NCBI GenBank assembly: GCA_002633005.1
Contig: NMRA01000388.1
Location: 186,001-250,000 of the forward strand
Reading direction: 5' to 3'
Length of the DNA: 64,000 bases
Source of the DNA: Phoronis australis
Taxonomy: Eukaryota; Animalia; Phoronida
Shown here: in pieces, positions 1 to 10,359 of the stretch
Layout: every line of letters begins with the position of its first letter
How positions within the stretch are numbered: position 1 is the stretch's first letter
Program-made: the position numbers and the translations under genes
Notes under the pieces: model-generated
Told to the model about the DNA's origin: nothing
Seen by the model: only the letters and a program-made list of their open reading frames with translations
The model's database searches: none

Positions 1-331
1 CACTGAGTCCGCGTTCAATTTGAAGACTTGTCACCAATTTCCCTCTGTATATAAGTGTCGTCACTACCGCCTCGTTTTCTTTGACAAGTTCTTGGTGAAC
101 CTGTGTTTGTGTGAGCGTGTGACTAGCTAACGCAACCAAAACTATGATAGGAAACGCAACCAGGATTACCATTTTACTCAACTGAAATACCCGATTTCGT
201 TTAGTACTGGCATCCAAAATTTCCTTCAGTTCTCTTTTGTCCACGTCTGTACTATGCAGCGATTGGGTGCTGTAAATTCGTCCAGGTATTTTCAGTAGAC
301 TAGAGGGCTTGGAAGTACTTGGGTTCTCCAT
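1..331 (-). CDS. 5' end (first 110 codons, runs off the window) of a transmembrane NIT-domain protein, probably an NIT-domain receptor guanylate cyclase
   Basis: ATG at 331 with an in-frame stop upstream opens a frame that stays open to the window edge: MENPSTSKPS...RVFQLSK-MVILVAFPIIVLVALAS (TM helix)-HTLTQ...RGKLVTSLQIERGLS. LVxxLQxERGxS is the hallmark start of the NIT domain. Probably absent from the ORF track because it has no stop in the window. The cyclase domain is not visible. Confidence 0.75.
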   Translation of the reverse strand, partial: MENPSTSKPSSLLKIPGRIYSTQSLHSTDVDKRELKEILDASTKRNRVFQLSKMVILVAFPIIVLVALASHTLTQTQVHQELVKENEAVVTTLIYRGKLVTSLQIERGLS

Positions 332-391
332 AGTTGATTGATTTGTGTCACCAGTTAACAATGGTCTGTAGATCTCTGGTTAACACGTTCC

Positions 392-399
392 TTTATATA
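392..399 (-). promoter_or_regulatory. Candidate TATA box of the NIT-domain gene
   Basis: Minus strand reads CTTATATAAAGG about 60 nt upstream of the ATG at 331. Positional inference only. Confidence 0.4.
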
Positions 400-3016
400 A
401 GTGTATTCACCTACGTCTGCCGTTTTCTCATGAAAACGAGTCGGCAATCGATTTATGGTCGAGTCTCTCTCCTGAAGGTCACAAATTTAAAAACACTCAA
501 AGTATAAAGAAATCCGTGAATACCAGAAAACCGTTAATAATAATAAGACACTAATTGCGATAGTAGGAATATCAGTTACGCATTACCTTTTCATTATATC
601 TGAAGATACAATAACAGTACAACTTGTAAATTCCACTAAACGACAACTAATGGGTACTACAGCAGAGGGGATTTTTGCTGCAGTAAATATGGGTCGTAAA
701 ACTACGATTGAAAAGGTCGCAGAAGCTATGAAAGCAAATAGAACACGGGATACCTTGATTGGCATGAAAAATGGAACAAAAATATTGTTCAATCACTCGT
801 TTAATAAAAGACAAAACCAAATTCAACGAAGAAATTTAAAACTTGTCGGATTTAAACAGTCAAACGAATCTTTAGACCTTAAACCGGGTATAAATCCGCC
901 TTCTGTCACAAAAAAGATATCGCCTGCAGTTTACCTATAAAACTGGACTCAAGTTCTAGCTTAGTCAATTTGTAAGTAATTGCCTTGCTTAGAAAGAACT
1001 AAAGGGTCGATCAATTGACTGTTCACGCCGGGTCACTTTAATCACCGACCATGGTGTCAAGCATTAAGAAACTGTTCGCTTTTTCTTTCCAAGACCAGGG
1101 ATCAATTTTCGCCTAAGTTACGAGCGGTAGTTGATACCAGGGCTGCTTTAAATAATTAAGTATATATAATACGCATAAATGAACATCGCGATCTTGGAAT
1201 TGGCAGGCTTTTGAGAAAATCAATTTGCGACTCCTTTTGAGTTAAATCACTTAAATTTAAGTGGGTCGATCCTATATGTTAGTATTTCATGGGAACCACG
1301 ATGGAGATCAAAACTAATCACCAAAGAAAAGTATCTGCGTAACGTTTTGTGTTTACCAAAACGCTAAAAGTACTCAAAATCCGGTTACTCACGCCAACGT
1401 AAGAGATTCATAAAACTGACACTGTTTCAGCGATATCAGTCAGTTTTCATAAGTGTTTCAAAAAAGAATTCAAATGTAGCTGACTTTTCTTTCCCCGTAG
1501 TAAATTTCAAATTTTGCCAGATGTACCTCACTTTAGGTAACTGTAAGGAAAATATAATTCGGTGATGTTCCTATTTCTTTCAGATTTGTAGTACACTGAA
1601 GTAAAACAACAAAATAAAAACATGGAAATTTAAAAAATCAAGAACAAACCAAAACTGTCTAAAACCCCCATCAAGCTATGTACGCACATGAAATATGTCT
1701 CATAATATACCATAACGTGATAGAACTTGCTTTCCATTGTCATCAAGAAAATCTCAGCCGTCATTAACTCTTGAAAACGCTTTACAGTTTATTGAGGCTT
1801 ACCATCTATATAATTGAGACAATGACTCCTGTAAGCATCGCCTGCGATTTGAGTTACTTGCCGGCTCTTTGCAATCCCAAAACATTTCTAATAAAGGAGA
1901 ATGCCACCCAAAAGCAACCTATTTTTTATCAGTTTGGATCGAGTAGTTCCACTCGAGAACAGCAAGTTCAGTTGCTTTACCTGACACATAAGGGCAGACG
2001 GAGGTGTTGAAATTAACCAATGACGTCATCAGTTCTAACGCAATTTGTTCAGCCGTTCACAACACGCTTACTGGTGTCAACTTATCGCTTGAACTCATCG
2101 TTATACACCAATAACTCATTAAAATTCGATATAAACCTCTTTCAAACACATCGAGCTCTTGAACAAACGTGTTGTTTTATTTCACTGTTACAGATTTATT
2201 GGTATTTGAACGTACCGTAGCCTACAGAGTTCGGTAGGCCAATTTACCAAGGTCGATCGAGGGAGTTTGGGTCTGTTTGGTGATAAATTTGAAACATTCT
2301 TCCGTAAAATACAGAAGGGGGAACATAGCTATGTGTTGTACTTTTAGACTTGCGATTTTTTCAGTTTTAAACACGCCAAACACTTGTTACTCCCCGCCAG
2401 TGGCTCGGAACCCGATCAGGCCCGTAGCGGCCGCCGGGGACTGGACATCACGAACATAAACCAGCTTAAGTTGGAAACTAGACCTCCAGTCACGAAAAGA
2501 CTATAATAGTGATCCACAGTAATAATGTGCACGTAATTATTTAAGTGAATCATCCACGAAACTGAAAATCTACTTACTTGTCGGGGGCTGCGAAGTCAGG
2601 TTTCCCTTCCACAGAACCGTTAGGGCAAAGGTTGTTCAGTAACAATGATTGGAATAATGTATTTGTATATCTAAATAAAGATTCTCCTAACATGTCACCA
2701 TAGCATATAAAATCGAGTTATATTTTCTCAACAGCTTTCTGTCAGCAAACACTGAATTAGCATGCGCTCACACGGCCTCGGTGCCCAGGCAAATACCTTT
2801 ATTGCATCTAAAGCCGGTATGCAGTAGTTTTTTCATTGCTGGCTTCTCAAAACATTTGCACTCACGAATACTCCAAAGGCATTACAAAGTGTATCTAAAG
2901 AGACAAACTTTGTTTCAGTTTTATATAAGCGTTTGTTAGGATGAGAATGATTCGTTTTGAAACAGAATGCAGAATAACAAACGTCAGCATGGCAACTCGC
3001 AATCCGGACTTAGACG

Positions 3017-3360
3017 CAGTGGCGGATCTAGGATATCACAAGGGGGGCCCAACATTTTGTCTGTAAACATTTGTTCAAAGCATAATTGTAGATGCACATA
3101 GCACCGAATGGGTGCGTGAGGGGGCAAACACCCTTACACCCAGGAAATTTTTCTGTTTTTTCCTCTAAAAATCGAGCATTTTCCTCGATTCCCGAAGTAT
3201 TATCCAAGAAAAAAAGGCAAGAAAAAAACGGAGAAAGTGTCAAACAGGAAAATCCGCAAGTGCCACTGACTTGAACTCACGACCTGACGGATAGAGTTCG
3301 CGTGCTCTACCACTGCACCACCACGATTTCACTCGCAAATTAGTTCTAAGAGACCTACTT
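3017..3360 (+). mobile_element. Interspersed repeat with a hAT-like terminus (CAGTGGCGGATCTAGG) and an internal tRNA-like segment, copy 1
   Basis: Clearly alignable by eye over about 340 bp to an inverted copy at about 18985-19329. Confidence 0.7.
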
Positions 3361-3779
3361 GTTTATGGTCCACAGCGTTTGCGCGCGAAACCTCCATCTT
3401 TTTGTAATGCTTATTACATGTTTTATATTTTGTGCAATCAGTTCATAACAAAATTGTTGTATTTAAAAAGTCTTCAATTGTACAAAAACCAAATACGTTT
3501 TTTGTGCTGGCAATAATGACGCGATTGCTTTGGAAATCGTCTTAAGTTAAGGTTTGACAAAGAGAGAATTATGAGTTTCTGAGTAATTCACTAAGGCTTC
3601 GATTAAAATTGACATCTTACCAGCAGCTTCTGTTTTTTCATCATCACTCAGATTCCATTTTCTTTAAAAAAGGAAGTAATTTTCTTCATTGCACCGTTGA
3701 GCAGACGACGGAAACGGAGTCGTAGTGCCCAGCGCCACTGCCGGTCTCCTGGGATATCGCGGGAAAGCCTATACTTAGC

Positions 3780-4097
3780 NNNNNNNNNNNNNNNNNNNNN
3801 NNNNNNNNNNNNNNNNNNNNNNNNNNNNNNNNNNNNNNNNNNNNNNNNNNNNNNNNNNNNNNNNNNNNNNNNNNNNNNNNNNNNNNNNNNNNNNNNNNNN
3901 NNNNNNNNNNNNNNNNNNNNNNNNNNNNNNNNNNNNNNNNNNNNNNNNNNNNNNNNNNNNNNNNNNNNNNNNNNNNNNNNNNNNNNNNNNNNNNNNNNNN
4001 NNNNNNNNNNNNNNNNNNNNNNNNNNNNNNNNNNNNNNNNNNNNNNNNNNNNNNNNNNNNNNNNNNNNNNNNNNNNNNNNNNNNNNNNNNNNNNNNN
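3780..4097. other. Assembly gap (N run)
   Basis: Run of n characters. Confidence 0.99.
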
Positions 4098-4870
4098 CCC
4101 TAAATCCACCTATGAGACGAGAACTCATCCGACGAAGACTTCATGGGTCGGATCGTTAGGCTTCACAGGCTATCAGTTCGAACCGGAATACACTGATCAA
4201 GAAATACTGGAGAGCCACCGTGAACATGCACCGGCAACGGGTCCTATGGATAGTTCTTTGGTAAGCCGGAATTCGTCGTAGAAATCACTGTCGACGACAT
4301 GCCGGCCACAGACACGGAGATGTTTCACGGCCTTTTCATTCTTCACTAGTGCAAGCCACTTCCTAAGCATTTTGGGCTCTCGAGGAAGTCGAAAAAGCGA
4401 TATACCCACTTTCTTTGCAGCTTCATAGTTCGGACAAGCGGGTTTTTGATGCGCCATAGTATAGCAGAATTCACTCTGCAGATAAACCACTGACGTCATT
4501 GCGTCGTTTCTCACCTTCTTCAGAGGTTAACGCGACGCATCTAGGCAATGTGAGGTCGACCGTATAAGAGGCGATGTGGATATAGACCGATTAAGACGGT
4601 AAAAAAGACTAATTAAATCGGGTGGCATTCTCCTTTAAAATCTCCCACTGCACCATTTCATCCTCCAAATGGACTTCGTAGAGAGCAACTCTTGTAAGGC
4701 AAACGACGAAAAAAATGGATACAGACGGCAGTAACCATTCCGTGTGCGACACTTGAAGATGGTGGGAGAAAATGTCAGCATCAAAGTTTTATGGTGGTGT
4801 CCGACGAACTTACAGCTATAGTACATTCAATCTAAAACGTTGTCATACCACGTGTTAAAGAAATTACCCC
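4098..4870. mobile_element. Internally deleted Kolobok-type DNA transposon (THAP fragment on minus facing a KolX N-terminal fragment on plus); left end probably in the gap
   Basis: Minus strand from ATG 4457 reads MAHQKPACPN...SLFRLP...RKW...LRVCGRH, a THAP signature. Plus strand 4159-4212 reads GFTGYQFEPEYTDQEI, resembling the N-terminal Y.FEP motif of KolX/P2X7-tail-like proteins. Putative right end ...AAATTACCCC followed by TTAA (4871-4874). Confidence 0.55.
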
Positions 4871-4874
4871 TTAA

Positions 4875-5350
4875 GTAACTCCTATCTACTAGTGTACAGA
4901 CGGTCCGATCAGCCAGTTCAGAAATCAACAGGCATTTTTCACAAGAAGAAATGAAAGCCAAACTGGAATTGTTTTTATCAAGGAAAGACCCACGCAATGG
5001 TCTGGCTTATCAAAACAATTCCAAGCTTGAAAACTGATATCGAAGATTCAAGCAACATCAATAACAGTGCTGTAAATTGAAGCCTCAAAGTGTGATGGAG
5101 CTGTTTGTTTCATCCAACTACTGTTCCAGAGATGGTATTGAATTACCAGCTTCTAGCCAAAGCGCATCGATTATCATGAACTGGAGATGAATGAGGGCAA
5201 TTTTGTAATAGCGGTTTTCCTGAGCAATGGTATGTAAGAAATATCACGTTGACGACGAGGGAAAGGAGGTAGAGACAATGTTCATGGAGAAAAAATATGT
5301 TTCAATGGCCACCCTCAGATGAGGTTCAATCCATGGACTAATGTGAAAGA
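4875..5350 (+). pseudogene. Heavily decayed C-terminal fragment of a DNA transposase-like ORF
   Basis: Broken frames give VIA.F.EQWYV.NI...DDEGKEVETMFMEKK...FQWPPSDEV, resembling the W-Y-x-G...FM...F-x-WP C-terminal module of some transposases. Superfamily not determined. Confidence 0.3.
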
Positions 5351-6023
5351 TTAGTACTTTGTACTTTGTAAGACTAGGAAACCGGGACTCACTGGATAAT
5401 TCAAAAGAACAGTTTGGTCAATATATAACACGTTCAAATCTAGAGATTGAAACGTTAAGTTGTCATGGGCTTGTCAAGATATCGTTCGATTGATAGTTCA
5501 TCAGAACTTGGTTATAAGATGATTTGAAGTGAATTGACGTAACGCAGTTGACTGAAAGATAAAAGCTTACTTTTGTCACCTTGAAATGTACGATAAAATT
5601 TATTTAGTGTCTATTCCTTTGTACTTTGTAACTGGCATTTTAAGACTTTGTTTGATTGGCAGTTTATCTATAACTAAGTTAAAAGATGATTTAAAGTAAG
5701 TTAAAGCAAAATAGGTCCGTTGCTCGCCATGTGAGGCGTTGCGTCTGTCACATTGAAATGTTGGTTATATTTTATTCCGTGTCCTTTCATCTGTTCTGTT
5801 GATCGCTCCAAAGAAGGAACAAGAATTGTTTACAAAACTAAGATAAGTTTTTATGTATGTTATTGTTTTAGCATGAAAAATCAGTTTAAAAAGCGTGTTA
5901 ATGCAGGAGCATTAGTCTTTTGTTTAGGAACTTTATGTCCACTAGAGGCGTTGTATGTACACCTTAGGGCGTTTCCAGAGTGCATTATAATTGCTGTCTA
6001 CCCCCGCTCTTAGGTAATTGTTC

Positions 6024-6191
6024 ATTGGCTAAATAGACGCTACCATTGTAATATAACCAATCACAGTGCAGTTTTGATGGTTTTTAGCTTCAGCAGTCAT
6101 TTACAGCGCTCATTTTGAATATTGGTTTTAACATGTTAGGATCCACTGTAGAGAGATTATTGGCTGGCCCACGCGGAAAACTTCAGTAAGT
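6024..6191 (+). promoter_or_regulatory. CCAAT-box cluster followed by a splice donor: candidate promoter and non-coding first exon of the glycosyltransferase gene
   Basis: ATTGG/CCAAT at 6024, 6057, 6121 and 6159, then CA|GTAAGT at 6186. A second candidate UTR exon lies at 8897-8998 (TTTTCAG| ... |GTAAGT). Confidence 0.35.
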
Positions 6192-6548
6192 ACATGTAAT
6201 TCTGTTAAGGCTTTACGTTTAGTCTATTCATGTAGGTCTGCTGGACATTGTATGCCTAGTGTTTAATTGTTGAACTGTAACGGCTGCTTTGTGGTGGTAT
6301 TGTCTTATGCGGGTTCGAGTCCCGTGTGCTAGCGGTATTGACTATTGGGTAACGTTTTGAGAACATTGTTTGGCTCCGTCGTTTGACAAACTGTATTTAT
6401 CGTTTGTAGATAACCGTCTCTTCAAGAATACATTGTTTTAAACGAAGCTGACGTTATTCTATCGCCCACACTAATAAAGCGTTTGCTCTTTCTTCCTAAT
6501 ATGTCTTTCAGTGTCTTTTTGTAAACGGTGTTGCAGAAATCTCATATA

Positions 6549-7352
6549 CCGTCAGAGGCCCTAAAGTCGTGAGTGCCCTAAAGTCGTGAACGATCTTATT
6601 TCCTCTTCTCCGCGGTCCTGCGACATCTGGCGTTGAAGTTTCCAGCGTTCGTCTGCTTACGAACGTCAAACGAATACCCGGACGTGTTCGTATTCACAAT
6701 ATGATAACAAACAGTGAGTGATTGGCTTCTTTTTTCAAATGTATCTTAAAAACAGCATATTTCACTAATTCACTTTTTTGGGCATTTTTGGGATATATTT
6801 TCGAAAATATTTATCGTTCAGATTTACTCAAACACGCGCTCCAGGGGTAGCTTGAACAATGTATCAAAATGTCCCAGGGTTGATCAAGTTTTGTAAGGCC
6901 AAAACAATAAAATACAGAGCGATAATTGATGCTGGGTTCTTAGAGTTTTACGTGAACAACCTCATTGAAAACGTCTGTGCACATCAAAGTTGGGTGCAAA
7001 ACTTATAACAATTTATTTCAATTGAAACTGAATTAATAAACAATGCAATACATTTTATGTCATCTAGAGTAACTGCACGCACTGTAGTTGACTTGTGAGG
7101 TCTTACTTCGTGTATTTCCGTCTAACCGAAACGGTCACGACTTTAGGGCCTCATTCAAAATGGCCGCCGATATCAGCGACCGTTTCAAAGCTCTGCTTAC
7201 GGAGACAAACAAGGATTAAGATTGTCAAAACACGTATATTTGTGAAGGCTGATATATGTCCATGACATCACATGAGCAGTTGCTAACGGACATTGGGTAG
7301 TATGACAATCGGCACTTATTGTGCTTATATTCACGACTTTAGGTCACCGGTG
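6549..7352. mobile_element. Tc1/mariner-like MITE with TA flanks
   Basis: The left end carries CCTAAAGTCGTGA twice. Its reverse complement TCACGACTTTAGG occurs near 7135 and 7331. TA lies on both flanks. Confidence 0.6.
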
Positions 7353-10300
7353 TATATAAACTAACATTTTCTACTATCTAATTCCTGTCACATTTTGAAG
7401 CAGTTCTGACAATCTAATATAACTGTTTTAAAGGAATTGGGAAAAGAGACGCAAAATTTTAGTATTGTTAAATCACCAAGCTATTTTACTCCTATTAATC
7501 GTCGGTAATAAATAGATAAAGCTAACATATGGTTAATTATGAGGTACTTTAGGAACTGCATGCTGTTTTGCGATCCTTTAACTAATGCTTAGCATAGACC
7601 TCTAGCCCTGGAATGCCAACTCCTACAGGTGACCAATGTATTCTACCATTAGATCTTGCGACCACGAGATTAGCCGCGAGATATTGCACTCTAAATTTCC
7701 GGCAGTCTGTTCGACTGAGATTTGATCGAATGTTGTAGTTATGAAATCAAGCCTAATTTCATTGCTTCGTTTTCATTTTGACATTTTTGTTCATCAAGCG
7801 AGACTCTTGAGCTGCGGTTCTGGACAACCAGCGATTTCCCGGCAAAATTAGTCAACAAACCAGAAAATTACATGTACATTGGTCATTCTTTACATGCACC
7901 GACCTGTGGCCCTGGTCGTATACCGGGAATAGTCTGGCCTCTGCTATCTTTTCGTCTCCAGTCTCAGAACCATTTTCGAAAACCTATCGAACTACATGCT
8001 AGAATTTTTTCAACAAGACATTTTTGGGTGTTAAAATCCGCGGTTGTATTTCCTTAATAGTTTACAGTATATTTGTGAACATGTCGAAATGTCGTCTTTC
8101 TTACTGTGACAAGGCCTGAACACGACTTTTGGACGACTTTGACTAACGCAGCACAATTTTATTTGTTCGTTTGCATCCGTACCTTCCAAGATCCTCGACG
8201 TGTTTTTGATAACATTTGGTACTCAAATTTTTATTATAAAGACGAAACAGCTTTTCATTTAAGATAGATTGAGCGTATTGTGCGTCACCTGGGGGTCATT
8301 TTGCAAGATCTTTTTTAAAGTTGACAACTGTGTTATTATGAACAACAGATGGAGGGATCCGACTACCATTGTGCCTCTTAATGGTATTTTTGACGTTTAG
8401 AGTTGTTTGACGAATTTGCATGAGATTTGACAACTAGTTTTGTAGTAGAGAGACGATCACGTCTTTCTATTTTCGGACGCGTTCTACGTATTCTGCACCG
8501 TTTAATGGTCTTTTATATGATACTAAGTAAATACACACGTAGAACCATACCGGTGCGGGCTATTCCAACGTTCTGCGTAGCTCTTGATGCAGTCCAGTTA
8601 GCGGAAATTTCTGCCATTTTAGCAATTTTTTAAACAGACAGAAGTTCAAAATGGCAAATCGCTTTAGGAAAAGCATCAAATAATTTGGTACGAAAAGGTG
8701 TTTTCCGTCTATCCAAAATTATTATGCTCACTGCTATTTCCAGAGCACATTATCTTTCATTGTTCTCAAACTTAAGCCATCTAATTTGTACTTTAATTAA
8801 GAATTTGTAACTCAAAATAACTACAAGACTACCATCCTTTTATTTTTACTACTTTGTTTTCAGAGATTTTGTCAATGAGCCCTATTTCATTTTCAGGTAG
8901 AGCTGACAAAATATACCTTTAAGATTATGTAAGACCTCATCGACAAGTCAGTGCATCTCATAAAATATCTAGAACAGGATAATTTCAACTCTGTACATGT
9001 AAGTGTATATATTTTCGGAAAGTAGAAAGACTGCGAAATTTGATTTTTGACTTTTAAGTAAACTGTTTTTAATTGGGTCGTGTGACTATGTCTTTCTAGT
9101 AAAATGTAGCAAAAAGTGAAAGGTGCCTTGATAGCAAAACAAGGCTATCAATCACATGATCAAATTTTGTTTGATATAAATTTCAATGTGAGATATCAAA
9201 AATGTTGTTACAGTTGTCTGAAAAAATATTCTTTTTTCGTTTTATCAATTATAATATTTTACATGAAAGTCACTAAGGTACTATTTTTGATAGCGCCTCA
9301 CGCAAACGTGGAATATTGTTGAACAATTCCTAACAGGGCTTTTGAGAATAGTGCATAAAGTACTATCCAAAGTTTCATAGGAATCCAATCAGCCGTTTCT
9401 GAGACATGATGTAAAGAAGTTTGCCAAATTTGGCCATTTTATAGGGCCCTACATAACCTTTATATCAATAAAAATCATTGTATCACAAATTTCTTTTCTG
9501 ACTGAAGATAATTCTAAATCAATGGCAAGGTAAATTTTAGATCAGCTGATTCAACACCTGTTGTCTGTTAAACACATTCCATTCAAGAACCCTGAACATG
9601 TCAGTTTAAACCAACTAGCCACATATTGACAATGTAATGAGAGTAGTGTTTAATGACCTAAATGAGCTTGCGTACCTATATCATTACCACGTGTCTAACA
9701 ATAGTCCAAAATTAAAACGTTTCCTTTTTGTTAGATTGAAAATTTGAGCTTCTTAACACTCGAACTACTAAGCATCAGCAGCATTAGATAATGATGATGA
9801 GCGTTGTTTGCTACGAAATTGCCACCAAAGTTTATTAGGACTGCTTATCACATTTTGGCCACCTGCCAATTATTAAAATGATTTGTATTACAGTCGCATG
9901 GAAGTCGTGATCCTGACGTATAATGTCACGGTTAAGCGTATTTTGCTCGCTTTTGTGGTAGTCGATTTTACACAAAGTATGAAGAATTTGGTTTTGAAAT
10001 CAGTTTATTGCTCTAGGCGTTTTGTTTTGTAGTGTAGTTTTTATATTTTTAGCCTGTGCGATTGAATGAACCTGAAACCTGTAAAAACTGTCGAGACCAG
10101 ATATTTATTTTCGCATGATGACCACGGTTCAATAGCGCCGAGAACTTAAGCACTGTGAGCTGTTTTACAAGTAGTGGACTCGTATACAACAATGAACGAA
10201 CCGTAATCCAAAAAATCAACATATGTCACATAGCTTCGTTGACTGAGAGTAAACACACGTTAGTAACGTACCGTAATCCAAATGATAGCATTGGCTCGAG

Positions 10301-10359
10301 GTCTCGTTTTGTTCACAGAACGGTTGCGCTTTAAGATGAGCTGAAACTGTAGGTCTCCA

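Noticed and set aside
3648-4128. Long ORFs spanning 3648-4281
   Set aside because: Their length comes from the N gap.
7603-7650. About 40-bp match to 30229-30270 (CCCTGGAATGCCAACTCC...TGACC.ATGTATTCT)
   Set aside because: Probably a fragment of another small repeat family, but too short to delimit or classify.
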